Below are positions 29,675 through 39,965 of a stretch of DNA of 64,000 nt, in pieces. Both the position numbers and the translations under genes were made by a program. The stretch's first letter is position 1, and every line of letters starts with the position of its first letter. The notes under the pieces are model-generated. The model worked only from the letters and a program-made list of their open reading frames with translations, had not been told where the DNA came from and made no database searches. Where the stretch lies: positions 288,001-352,000 of the forward strand of contig OZ255726.1 of assembly GCA_965277405.1 (NCBI GenBank), read 5' to 3'. This stretch comes from Gammaproteobacteria bacterium (GTDB taxonomy: Bacteria; Pseudomonadota; Gammaproteobacteria; G965277405).

Positions 29675-30799
29675 TTAGGTTGCTAAGTTGCTGGCTAGTT
29701 GGTTGAGGGATTGGGCAAGCTCTGTGGCTAGGGTTTGTAGGGTGAGACGCTGGCTTGTTGAAAGCGTGTTTAAAGCTGGGTAACCTTGCGTTAATTGATG
29801 CTGGTTAATCTTGGCAACTATTGTGGCGATGGTGTTATCTATCCGTTGTTGCAATGGAACATTGAGTTTGATGAGGATTGGTTGGTATATAGATGCAATT
29901 TTTTGCACTCCTGCAATACTTGCGAGAATTTCGCTCAAATCTGTGTGGGCGTAGCGGTTCTCAATAGTATTGGCAATATTATTAGCCATGGCTGCAATCA
30001 CTGTTGCCGCTGCGCTAATAGTTGGATTGGTTTTGAGGGCTGTTTCTTTGGTGAGATTTGCCAACGTTGTTAAGTCTTGCTGTAGTTGGCTGGCAATTGT
30101 GGCAAGGTTGGCGGTGGTGGCTTGTTGCCATAATGCGTATTCAAGCCGATGGAAGCCGATAAACTTGGGGTCTGTTTCGCCAGCTGTAAATGCGCTGGCT
30201 GGGGCGTTGATGCGCTGTGATAAATCTGGAAACATGCTGGCTACAGGCTCGATGCGTTTATAATGGATGCGGGCTTTGGCATACAATGTTTTTGCTAAGG
30301 CGATGTCGTTTTCGGCAATAGCGGCGGTAATCTTGGCGGCTATCTTGCGCAAACTGCGCGCTTCAAAAATGGTGAAAAATGAGTATTCTGCAATAGGGCC
30401 TAGTAAGTCGTTGGCAGTGACTGTATATGCAGGCGCTGCTGCATCTGCTATTACTATCAGCTTGCCGCGTGGGTTTGTGAGTAGACCACAGGTCATAGCG
30501 TAGCTGCCTACTTCTAGTTTTACGGTCATTTTTTGCATAAAACCTGGGGCGATATTCTCACGTTCGGCAAGGACCATTACTCCGTCTAAAATTTCCCATT
30601 CTAGGGCGCGGTGGCTGTTGTTTTTGATGATGAATTGAGTCTTCCCCGCAATTACTTGGAGTTCCATTGGTTCGCATTGAGAGTCATTAACGCTAATGTT
30701 TTTTTGTATCACTTCTTTGGCGCTAAGCGCTGATAAGTTGCAAAGCGTTACAATGAATACTGTGGTGATTATAAATGGTTTTAGCAAAAAGATTTTCAT
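29675..30799 (-). CDS. efeO: EfeO (cupredoxin plus M75 domains)
   Basis: [24 protein letters not shown]; GFHRLE. Confidence 0.88.
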   Translation of the reverse strand: MKIFLLKPFIITTVFIVTLCNLSALSAKEVIQKNISVNDSQCEPMELQVIAGKTQFIIKNNSHRALEWEILDGVMVLAERENIAPGFMQKMTVKLEVGSYAMTCGLLTNPRGKLIVIADAAAPAYTVTANDLLGPIAEYSFFTIFEARSLRKIAAKITAAIAENDIALAKTLYAKARIHYKRIEPVASMFPDLSQRINAPASAFTAGETDPKFIGFHRLEYALWQQATTANLATIASQLQQDLTTLANLTKETALKTNPTISAAATVIAAMANNIANTIENRYAHTDLSEILASIAGVQKIASIYQPILIKLNVPLQQRIDNTIATIVAKINQHQLTQGYPALNTLSTSQRLTLQTLATELAQSLNQLASNLAT

Positions 30800-30856
30800 A
30801 TGTAATGTCAATGATAGCGTGGGAATTGTAATCTGCTGGGGTATCAATAGGTGTTA

Positions 30857-30895
30857 AACAACAAAAAACAATGGCGAGACACCCCTCGCCATTGT
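30857..30895 (-). terminator. Intrinsic terminator-like hairpin inside the efe operon
   Basis: ACAATGGCGAG/CTCGCCATTGT 11-bp stem followed by TTTTTGTTGTTT on the minus strand. Confidence 0.65.
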
Positions 30896-30906
30896 CGTAA
30901 ACACTT

Positions 30907-31722
30907 TTAGTCTAAATTCAATACACCGCGAAGTTTTGCCAATTCTTCTGCTAGCACGGTAATTGGTCCTTTGAGCGCGAGGCGGTCTTTATCTGTGAGT
31001 TTATCATAGCTTTTAAAGCCATCGGCAGTGCGGTACTTGGCTAACACAACCTCTACCCGATCAAAGTTTTTTTGTACTTTCTTGGTTAAAGCTGGGGCTT
31101 CTTGCTCCAATAATGATTGCAATAAAGACACTATTTTTTTTGAGCCGTCGATGTTTGCTTGAAAATCTGAGAGGTCTGTTAGCGCATAGCGATTTTCTTC
31201 GCCGCTAATTTTACTTGATGCGACTTCTTCTATCAGCACAGCTGCTCCACCAACAACGTCTTTCGGGGGAAATGTTAACTCAATAAGTCTTTTTTGCAAT
31301 TCAACTGCATCTGCTTGCAATTGCACTGCATATTTTTTCATACCGTTGGTGGTATTGCCTTCCCATAACGCTTTTTCAATGCGGTGGTAACCTGTGAAGC
31401 TTGGGTCTGATGAGCCTTGTGCGTAGCTTTCTTCTCTTGCGTCCATTTGTGCGTCAAGGTCTGAAAAAAGCTCTGCAACTGGTTCTATGCGTTCGTAATG
31501 TACGCGAGCAGGGGCATACAATTTTTTTGCCTGGGCTAAATTACCTGCAATAACCGCATCAGTAAATAATTTAGTCTTTTCAACGTATAAATCGACTTCA
31601 TCTATGACATACAGTTTGTATTGGGTGATTGGGGCAACAAGATCTGCTGCGCTGGTCTTGGCTTGAGCAGATGATGCTAGTATGCAAAAGGCTGCTGCGG
31701 TTGTGATAATGGCTGTTTTCAT
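30907..31722 (-). CDS. M75-only EfeO/EfeM-type periplasmic iron-binding protein
   Basis: Signal peptide, HYERIEP, DARE, GYHRIE, SKISGEENRY. Confidence 0.9.
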   Translation of the reverse strand: MKTAIITTAAAFCILASSAQAKTSAADLVAPITQYKLYVIDEVDLYVEKTKLFTDAVIAGNLAQAKKLYAPARVHYERIEPVAELFSDLDAQMDAREESYAQGSSDPSFTGYHRIEKALWEGNTTNGMKKYAVQLQADAVELQKRLIELTFPPKDVVGGAAVLIEEVASSKISGEENRYALTDLSDFQANIDGSKKIVSLLQSLLEQEAPALTKKVQKNFDRVEVVLAKYRTADGFKSYDKLTDKDRLALKGPITVLAEELAKLRGVLNLD

Positions 31723-31776
31723 AATAATTATATAAAGTAGTTTTGGAGGTGGTGGTAAGGGACGCTCTTTGTCACA

Positions 31777-32646
31777 TTAAGAGCGGCTAATAGGATTGAT
31801 TGGGGTGTTATATTTTGTTGGTGTTAATCCTGTTTTTCTTGGCATGCGCAACAATACATATAAGGCGGTAACAAGGTATAATAAGTAGACAGCAACTTCG
31901 CTGACACTTGGTGTTTCTTGGTAGCCAAATATGCCTTCTAATACCGTGCCAAAAAGACTGTGGGTAGAGAGTACATTGCTAAAATTAAACGCAATATCTT
32001 GATAATAATTCCAGATACCCGCTTCGTGAAACGCACGTATTGCCCCCGCAGCAAGCCCTGCTGCCACAAATATAATAAATATACTTGTCCAGCGAAAAAA
32101 AGCCGCCAATGGTAGTTTAACGCCGCCATAATAAATGGCAAAACCTGCAATAATTGCCGTTCCAAGCCCAATAACAGCCCCGGTGGGGGCGGCAACGCCA
32201 ACATCTTGTTGGAATGCCGATAATAAGAAGAAAACAGATTCTAGACCTTCGCGCGCTACCGCCAGAAACACCATGCCTAGCAACAGCCATGTTTGCTGCC
32301 ATCCTTGCGTATCGTGCAACACTGTATCGAATGATTTATGAATATTCTGCTTGAGATTGCCTGCCATTTTTTGCATCCAAATCACCATATACGTCAACAT
32401 GCACGCAGCAATAATAGCTATTACGCCTTCCGCAATCTCTTGTTGTCGTTGCGGAAACTCGCCTGTTGTTGCGAGGATGACCCAACCTAAGACAAAACAG
32501 ATTATCGAGGCACTCAATACGCCAAGCCACAGCGCAGGCATGAGGTGACTGCGTTGCGTTCTGTTGAGGTAGGTGGCGATAATACTAACAATCAGCGCGG
32601 CTTCGAGCCCTTCGCGCAACATGATTAAAAAAGGTACAAAAAACAT
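31777..32646 (-). CDS. efeU: FTR1-family iron permease
   Basis: Two REGLE motifs. Confidence 0.95.
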   Translation of the reverse strand: MFFVPFLIMLREGLEAALIVSIIATYLNRTQRSHLMPALWLGVLSASIICFVLGWVILATTGEFPQRQQEIAEGVIAIIAACMLTYMVIWMQKMAGNLKQNIHKSFDTVLHDTQGWQQTWLLLGMVFLAVAREGLESVFFLLSAFQQDVGVAAPTGAVIGLGTAIIAGFAIYYGGVKLPLAAFFRWTSIFIIFVAAGLAAGAIRAFHEAGIWNYYQDIAFNFSNVLSTHSLFGTVLEGIFGYQETPSVSEVAVYLLYLVTALYVLLRMPRKTGLTPTKYNTPINPISRS

Positions 32647-32671
32647 CGGCTTCTGCTTGGTTAAATTTGTA

Positions 32672-32731
32672 TTGTAATCATTCTCATACAAAAAACTATA
32701 GCGGCTGGCAATTTATTGCAAATAATTCTCA
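32672..32731. promoter_or_regulatory. Two Fur boxes upstream of efeU
   Basis: Minus strand TGAGAATGATTACAA (32672-32686) and TGAGAATTATTTGCA (32717-32731) versus the 7-1-7 consensus TGATAATnATTATCA. Confidence 0.75.
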
Positions 32732-32891
32732 TTACTATTACCGCTTAAAAAACGCTATGGCTGTGCTGTAAATTTGTTGATGCTCTACATGGCAATTACC
32801 TGGCAATGTAGTAAATAAGCGGTTACAACAAAACAAGGAACTCTGTGTAAGTTGTTACAGGTTGGTTGCCGTGATTATATTCATTTAGCCG

Positions 32892-33281
32892 TTACTGCTG
32901 GGCAACAAGTCGCTGGTAAAGCTTACAATACGACTGCGCCTGCTTGTCTGCGGTGAATACATCCTCTGCTCGTTGTTTTGCATTGCCTCCCATCTTGGCT
33001 GCCATTGATGGGTTATAGTCGGCATTAGCAGCCATGAACCCAATATTTCTGGCACGGCTTACGCCGCCGTTGACAACGGAGCTAACTTCAAGCAAATGAC
33101 TAGCGAAACTATGCACAATCTCAACCGTGTTATCAGTAGAGCCACCATCAACAACGATTATTGTATCCAGCAAATGCGTTTGCCGCAGAACTGACTGGAT
33201 GGTTTGGTGAATAAAGCGGGCAGCGTTATAGGCGGGAATGACGACGGCAACGCTAGCAAGCTCGTTAGTATGAATCATCAT
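32892..33281 (-). pseudogene. Chimeric glycosyltransferase remnant (GT2 N-terminus fused to a GT4-like C-terminus)
   Basis: VVIPAYN..VVDGGSTD..NGGVSRARNIG..ADY, then NPSMAAKMGGNAKQRAEDVFT..Y.KLY. Confidence 0.7.
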
Positions 33282-34372
33282 CTATCTCGTATATATAAAA
33301 GTTTTCTATAGATAGTCCGCAGCAAATTGAAGAGCCAATTGCTATTGGCTAAGCTGCTCAAACCTGAGTGGAATGGAATTTTTACTTTCGGACCAAATAA
33401 TGTGGCGAATTTATCGTGTCTGAAAGGTAGCATCTTGTCGCCGTATCGCGCTACTGCAGCGGATTGCCCGAACTCACCACGTTCAATTCTGCCAATCATC
33501 TGTATCAACATTGGAAATAGATTGTGTTCATATAAAACACGGTCGCGTGCCTGCAACAACTCAGTTCTATATTGCTTGTCGATATCTTGAGCGATAGCCG
33601 CATCAATTGTGGCGACAGCGCTATCAAAGTGATTAATATCAATGCTACGGTAGGAATTGTTAGGAAAATAGCTATCAAGATTGGGACAGCCATAATACAG
33701 CGGATACGTTCCAGCTAGGATGCAATCAGTCAATTTTTCTGAAAAATAATGGTCGTAGCATGAATTCTCTAAAACAATCTGAAAGCGATAGTCCTGGAGC
33801 GACTCCAATTTATCGTCCATGGTAGCAAAACCGCGACCATAAAAGTCTAGCGTATCGCCATAGTGTTCTTTGAGTTTTTTAACAAATCTAATCCGTTGTA
33901 TATGTTCAGAGGTGAAATTCTTGTTTGACGTTATTACCGATATCAGCTTCGATTTTGGTTGCTGAAATAATACTTTTAACGCATCAAAGCTCATGACCTT
34001 TGTTGCGTCCATTTAACCATTACGACAACCGATATACCAAGTCAATCCTGGTTGATGTAATATTGCTCCTGGGTGTTTAATGCTGGTATCTTGCGTAATC
34101 ACCCATGCAAACTGGGCGAGAAAATGCTTGTTATAACGCCATACTGTAGGTGGTTCTGTCGCCAAATGAATGATGTTCTCAGGCGGGCATTTGGGGGTAA
34201 TTGGCGCATGCAAATCATCGAATACCACTAAATAATCGTAATTGTTATGGTCAGCATTAAATACGAAGCGCCAACCATCCCATTCTGGAATACCATTAGG
34301 AAATTGCCTGAGCCAAGGAATAGAGTAAACCGAAGAGATATTAATGGTTTTCATACATATTTCCAGCGGCAA
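33278..34372 (-). pseudogene. GT10 (alpha-1,3-fucosyltransferase-like) gene split by one in-frame TAA at 34013-34015
   Basis: TEPP in the upstream part; DYRFQIVLEN..YFSEKLTD..PLYYGCPN in the downstream part; both parts in the same frame. Confidence 0.7.
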
Positions 34373-34379
34373 AAAATTG

Positions 34380-35035
34380 TCATGTAGTTACCATAGCATT
34401 TTTGTTTTCGTCGCTTCCACTGAATTGTGGAATTGCACTCAGTATTGCACTGAATTGGTCGATATGGGTAACTTCCATTGATTGATATTCAGGAATATCC
34501 AATGAGGAGAAGTAATCCATAAATTTAATGCCATCACCAAGAATATCAAATTTTTTATAACCTGTATTAAGCAGTCGATCTGAACAACGAACACGCAGAC
34601 AGGGTATGTTGTAAGAGTCAGAAGTTACTAATCCATGTAAGGATTTGGATATACACCGCTCGCATTTATGTATTTGATCAACAACGTCTTGAATATTGGA
34701 ATTTAGCAAATTAATAACGAGTACATCTGCATTATATTTAAACATTTCCTAGCATAATTGCTAATCGACGTGATGGGGCATCACAGCTAACTGGTAATAT
34801 TTGTGTGAATCACTGGGTTGATACAAACGACTAAGAAGGCAACATGGGGCGCCAAAATGGGTCACCAAAATTGGGCTACCCTTATACCCCAACTGCCTTG
34901 CCAATTCTAAAGTATAATGACCGCGTAGCATAAAAACTTGACGCGGTCTAGTTTTATCAACGACTTAATCAAAATTCCCAAAGTCATCGGCTTTATTTGA
35001 TGTATTCTTTATTTGATGTATTTTTGATGTATTAT
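34380..35035 (-). pseudogene. Polysaccharide pyruvyltransferase-family pseudogene
   Basis: MLRGHYT..LSRLY..MPHHVD*QLC*EMFK..ISKSLHGLVTSDSYNIP..KFMDYF. Confidence 0.6.
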
Positions 35036-36102
35036 TGTTGCTCTGTGCGCTTTTGTTTACGAACCAACTGTAAATCACTACGAACCATTTCCTTAACAAG
35101 GTTCTGAAATGACGTTGTATGTTGCCATCCAAGGAGTAAATTAGCCTTGGAACTATCGCCAAGCAATACATCGACTTCAGTTGGGCGGAAATAGCGGGGA
35201 TCTACCTTGACTACCACCTTCTTTGAGACCTTGTCTATCGCCAGTTCGTCAGCCCCTGTGCCTTGCCACTCTAATAACACGCCGACTTCTGCAAAAGCAA
35301 GATCGATAAACTCTCGTACCGAATGAGTCTCGCCGGTCGCCAAGACAAAATCATCCGCTTCATGATGTTGCAGTATCCGCCACATCCCTTCTACATAGTC
35401 TTTTGCATGACCCCAGTCACGTTTAGCATTCAGGTTTCCAATATACAGGGTATCCTCAAGCCCCAACTGTATTCTGGCTACCGCCATGGTAATTTTGCGC
35501 GTAACAAAGGTCTCACCGCGGCTTGGACTCTCGTGATTAAACAGAATTCCGTTGCAAGCAAACATGCCATACGCTTCACGATAGTTTGTTACTACCCAAA
35601 AGGCATACAGCTTTGCTGCAGCATACGGACTGCGCGGATAAAAAGGTGTTGTTTCCCGCTGCGGGGTTTCCTGCACTTTGCCGAATAATTCAGAAGTTGA
35701 TGCCTGATAGAATTTACAGCTATTTTCCATTGCAAGTATGCGGATGGCTTCAAGCATGCGTAATGGACCAAGCGCGTCAGTGTTTGCTGTATATTCTGGG
35801 GTTTCAAAACTAACCTGAACATGGCTTTGCGCAGCTAGATTGTAAACTTCATCAGGTTGAATTTTCTGCATCAGCCGAATCAAATTCGTTGCATCGGTTA
35901 CATCACCATAATGCAGATAAAACTCCCCTTGTTGGTTATGTAAATCTTTGTACAAATGATCTACACGTTGGCTATTAAACGATGAAGAACGCCGCTTAAT
36001 ACCATGCACAGCGTATCCTTTTGAGAGGAGAAGTTCCGCAAGATATGCACCATCTTGCCCTGTAACTCCAGTTATTAGTGCAATTTTTTTATTCCGTAGC
36101 AT
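35032..36102 (-). CDS. gmd: GDP-mannose 4,6-dehydratase
   Basis: [48 protein letters not shown]. Confidence 0.97.
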   Translation of the reverse strand: MLRNKKIALITGVTGQDGAYLAELLLSKGYAVHGIKRRSSSFNSQRVDHLYKDLHNQQGEFYLHYGDVTDATNLIRLMQKIQPDEVYNLAAQSHVQVSFETPEYTANTDALGPLRMLEAIRILAMENSCKFYQASTSELFGKVQETPQRETTPFYPRSPYAAAKLYAFWVVTNYREAYGMFACNGILFNHESPSRGETFVTRKITMAVARIQLGLEDTLYIGNLNAKRDWGHAKDYVEGMWRILQHHEADDFVLATGETHSVREFIDLAFAEVGVLLEWQGTGADELAIDKVSKKVVVKVDPRYFRPTEVDVLLGDSSKANLLLGWQHTTSFQNLVKEMVRSDLQLVRKQKRTEQQ

Positions 36103-37036
36103 AATTTTCCAAATACCATTTGTAATATTTCTGCAAACCATCTTCTAAGTTAATCTTGCTTGACCAGCCAAGTGTTGCCAGTAAAGAAACATCTAGTTTT
36201 TTTCGTAATGTTCCGTCTAGTCGAGAAGTATCAAACTCAATATCACCGCAAAATCCTGTCATATCCTTCATAAGATTGGCTAAATCAGCGATAGAAATAT
36301 CATAGCCAGTACCAACGTTTATATGGCTGGAGTCTGAGTAGTAACGCAACAAAAATATGCAGGCATCAGCCAAATCATCCACATGCAAAAATTCACGCAA
36401 TGGTCGACCAGAGCCCCAAACCAACACTTTTTTTGATTTATTTATTTTCGCTGTATGAAAACGTTGCAGTAGTGCTGCTGGCACATGACTGTTATCGGGG
36501 TGAAAATTGTCTCTAGGACCATATAAATTGCATGGCATAGCAGCAATAAAATCACAACCATACTGCTTTCTATAAGCTTGGCATAGCTTAATTCCCGCAA
36601 TTTTGGCAATCGCATAGCCTTCATTGGTTGGCTCTAACGAGCCAGTTAGCAAATAATTTTCACTGATTGGCTGCTGACAATCCTTAGGATATATACAGCT
36701 TGACCCTAAAAACAATAATTTTTCTACAGCATAGCGATAAGCGCCACAGATAACATTTTGTTGGATTTGCAAATTTTCCGCAATGAAATCGGCAGGATAG
36801 CTGTTGTTGGCATGAATGCCTCCAACCTTTGCCGCTGCCAGAATAACGACATCTGGCTGGTGGTGTTGGTAGAACCGCTCTACCTGTAAATAGTCCAGCA
36901 GGTCAACATCCTGACGACAGGTCGCCAAAGGTGTAATTTGTTCACTAGCAAGCTTACGGATAATCGCTGAGCCGACCATGCCGTTGGCACCAGCCACCCA
37001 TATTTTTTTCCCGTGAAGCTTAAATTTTTTGATCAT
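36089..37036 (-). CDS. fcl: GDP-L-fucose synthase
   Basis: [50 protein letters not shown]. Confidence 0.95.
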   Translation of the reverse strand: MIKKFKLHGKKIWVAGANGMVGSAIIRKLASEQITPLATCRQDVDLLDYLQVERFYQHHQPDVVILAAAKVGGIHANNSYPADFIAENLQIQQNVICGAYRYAVEKLLFLGSSCIYPKDCQQPISENYLLTGSLEPTNEGYAIAKIAGIKLCQAYRKQYGCDFIAAMPCNLYGPRDNFHPDNSHVPAALLQRFHTAKINKSKKVLVWGSGRPLREFLHVDDLADACIFLLRYYSDSSHINVGTGYDISIADLANLMKDMTGFCGDIEFDTSRLDGTLRKKLDVSLLATLGWSSKINLEDGLQKYYKWYLENYATE

Positions 37037-38441
37037 GCGGCTCCTCATAGTGAATAATATCATCTTCATCGAGATAGTCACCACACTGTATTTCTATCAT
37101 AGTGAGCAGTTCACTGTTGCGATTTTCTAAGCGGTGTTTGCTGCCAACGGGGATATACGTGGATTGATTATGTTCAAGCTCAATGATTTTGCCACCGTTG
37201 GTTATCGTGGCAATGCCGCTGACAACCACCCAATGTTCACTACGGTGACGGTGGGATTGCCAACGTAACGCTGCCATCGGCTTCACTTCAATACGTTTCA
37301 ACTTAAACCCCACGCCTGCTTGCAGCACTGTGTAACTACCCCACGGGCGATACACCGTTGGAAATTCTTTATAACAGGCGTGATTGCTGCATTTCAGATG
37401 ACTAACAATTTAAGAAACATCCTGATAGCGCTCTTTATCGGCTATTAAAAGTGCATCCGTTGTATCGGCAATAATCAGATTTTTAATGCCAATTGCAGCG
37501 ATCAATCTATCGCTGCCGTGGACGATACAATCTTTAACATCTTCAAGAAGAACGCTGCCTGAAACGTTATTATTGGCGCTATCTAACGGGTGTAGCGATC
37601 CAAATTCTAGCCATGTTCCGATATCCGACCAACCGATATCGCATGGTACGATCATTATTTTTTTTGATTTTTCAAAGACCGCATAATCAATCGATATATC
37701 CTGAATAAACTCAAAATCATCAGGGTATACTTCGTATTGTTGCCAGCCATCACCATGAGAGTGTGCGGCATTTTTAAAGCACACACTAGCTTGCTTGGCG
37801 ATGTCTGGGCACAAATCTGTTAGTTCCGTATTGAAGACAGCAGCTGACATACAGAACATACCAGAATTCCAAAAGAATCTTCCTGATGAAAGGTATTCCC
37901 TTGCCGTCGCCTGGTCTGGTTTTTCAACAAAGCGCTGTACTGTGTCCCCAGCAGCTTCGATGTAGCCAAACCCTGTCTTTGCTGCATTTGGCTTGATGCC
38001 AAAGGTTACCAGCTTGCCAGTAGCGGATAAAGCAACAGCTTGCTTTACAGCATTTGCAAATGCCGACAAATCATCAATTAAATGATCAGCTGGCAAAACC
38101 AAAATAGTGCAAGTTGCGCCATACTGAGCGATCGCATATTGCGCAGCTAACGCAATCGCTGCTGCTGAGTTGCGCGCAAACGGCTCTAACAAAAATGTAT
38201 TGCGAACTCGACCTTTTGCCACCTCATCAAACTCGTCTTTCGTGTAAAAAAACAAATTTCTATTAGTAACAGTGACAACTTCGTGTACGTCCGCAAGGCC
38301 AATAGCACGCAGGTATGTCTTCTGAATAAAACTCTGACCGCAAGCAAGCTTAATAAATGGCTTGGGACACGCTTCTCGAGACAGCGGCCACAACCGCGAA
38401 CCTATACCACCTGAGAGAATTACCGGGAGAATTACAATCTT
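37020..38441 (-). pseudogene. manC: Mannose-1-P guanylyltransferase/M6P isomerase with an in-frame TAA at 37410-37412 and no ATG before the first motif
   Basis: *KIVILPVILSGGIGSRLWPLSR..PKPF..WSDIGTW..DVS*IV..YRPWGSY..QSHRHRSEHW. Confidence 0.85.
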
Positions 38442-38510
38442 TTACCTAGTATTAAACACATTAACAACGACCTTAGGAGTAACTGAGATTATTAAAATGA
38501 GACAATTTAA

Positions 38511-38652
38511 CCAACTTCTGCTTAAGTCCATGCTCGGCGAGACGGAACAAAAACGCCACGCATGGCGTATATGCTACGCCATGCGCCTATGGTTTGCACC
38601 TTGCAATCTTCAACAAATGCCAGCAAATTTGCTGATAAAGCGAGTGTATTGG
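38511..38652 (+). mobile_element. Internally deleted, degenerate MITE copy
   Basis: TCTGCTTAAGTCCATGCTCGGCGAGACGGAACAAAAACGC..TGGCGTATATGCTACG..CTTGCAATC. Confidence 0.8.
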
Positions 38653-38730
38653 CTATGATACGCGGCAGCAATACAGCGAGAAAACCACACAGTCAACACT
38701 CAAAGTCCAGAGTTTAAATTCACAACCACG

Positions 38731-38794
38731 CAATCAGGCAATCATCCAATCAGGCAATCAGGCAATCAGGCAATCAGGCAATCAGGCAATCAGC
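38731..38794. repeat. (CAATCAGG) x8 octamer tract (2 variant units)
   Basis: Read directly. Confidence 0.9.
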
Positions 38795-38900
38795 ATCCTG
38801 CAAATAGATTGCGCAGAGCATTGAGGCTAACAATTTAAAATGAAGAAACTAAATAATGAAATTCAATAGTGTTACAAAAATCTGCTGTATTTACGGGTTC

Positions 38901-39965
38901 TTATGGGTGCGCGCCATAATCGTGGAATAAAATTAAATCTGGGACATTCAGGGTAAGTCCAACTAAGTCGCCAGTTTCATACACGTAGTTACTAGAAATA
39001 AAGCAACTGAATTGTTCTAAAGAATCAATTGTTTCAAACGTATAAAAATAATTTGTGCCGCGAAAGCGTCGCTGCATAACCCGTGCTTTTTTTCTACTAT
39101 TTTTATTAAACTCGATATCTTCTGGGCGTAAAAATACTTCGACTTGTTGCCGTATCCTAAATTTTTCTGTATCAATAGCTCCAGTTATTCTTCCCAATGA
39201 AGTTGCGACAGCAGTTTTGCTTTGCACTATGCCTTTAATGGTTGAGCCGCGACCAACAAATTCTGCAGCAAATCTATTTATGGGTCGATGATACAATTGC
39301 TGCGGATAATCCCATTGCACTAAATCACCATGGTGCAGCAGTCCAATTTTGTCTGCGAGCGCAAAGGCTTCATCTTGATTATGGGTGACCATAAGAGCTG
39401 TGGTCTGTTCGCTTTTGAGTAACTGGCGGACTTCCCATGCCAGTTCTTCACGAATTTCCGTATCTTGGTTGGAGAATGGCTCGTCTAGCAGCATAATCCG
39501 TGGTCGTGGCGCCATCGCGCGGGCAATCGCGCCACGTTGTAATTCACCACCAGATAATTGATGTGGATACAAGGTTCGTTTGTGTTCAAGACAGGTGATT
39601 TTGAGCAACTTATTCACCCGTGAATTGCGGTTTTGTAAGGTCCAGTTTTTAATGCCGTAGCGGATGTTTTCTTCTAAGGTGATATGTGGAAACAGCGTGT
39701 TTTCTTGAAACACTAATGTCGTTTGTCGCGTATGCGTAGGCACATGTTTTTTAGTTGAGCTGCAAAGAATACTGCCAATAAGTATTTCACCATCATCAAT
39801 CGAGATAAGCCCAGCTATAGCTCGCAAAACGGAAGATTTACCACTGCCTGTAGGACCGAGTAAGCATGCGAGTTCACCTGTTTGCAACTGAAAAGATATA
39901 TCATTGGCAAGGCGGTATTGATTGATGCGTAATGAAACATTGCGCAGCTCAAGAGAATAGTCCAT
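38901..39965 (-). CDS. fbpC: Fe3+ ABC transporter ATPase (FbpC-like)
   Basis: LLGPTGSGKS, LFPHIT, YPHQLSGG, LLDEPFSN, VTHNQDEA; TOBE-like tail. Confidence 0.75.
   Translation of the reverse strand: MDYSLELRNVSLRINQYRLANDISFQLQTGELACLLGPTGSGKSSVLRAIAGLISIDDGEILIGSILCSSTKKHVPTHTRQTTLVFQENTLFPHITLEENIRYGIKNWTLQNRNSRVNKLLKITCLEHKRTLYPHQLSGGELQRGAIARAMAPRPRIMLLDEPFSNQDTEIREELAWEVRQLLKSEQTTALMVTHNQDEAFALADKIGLLHHGDLVQWDYPQQLYHRPINRFAAEFVGRGSTIKGIVQSKTAVATSLGRITGAIDTEKFRIRQQVEVFLRPEDIEFNKNSRKKARVMQRRFRGTNYFYTFETIDSLEQFSCFISSNYVYETGDLVGLTLNVPDLILFHDYGAHP

Noticed and set aside
32836-32852. AGGAACTCTGTGTAAG as another solo MITE end
   Set aside because: Needs a gap and mismatches; could be chance
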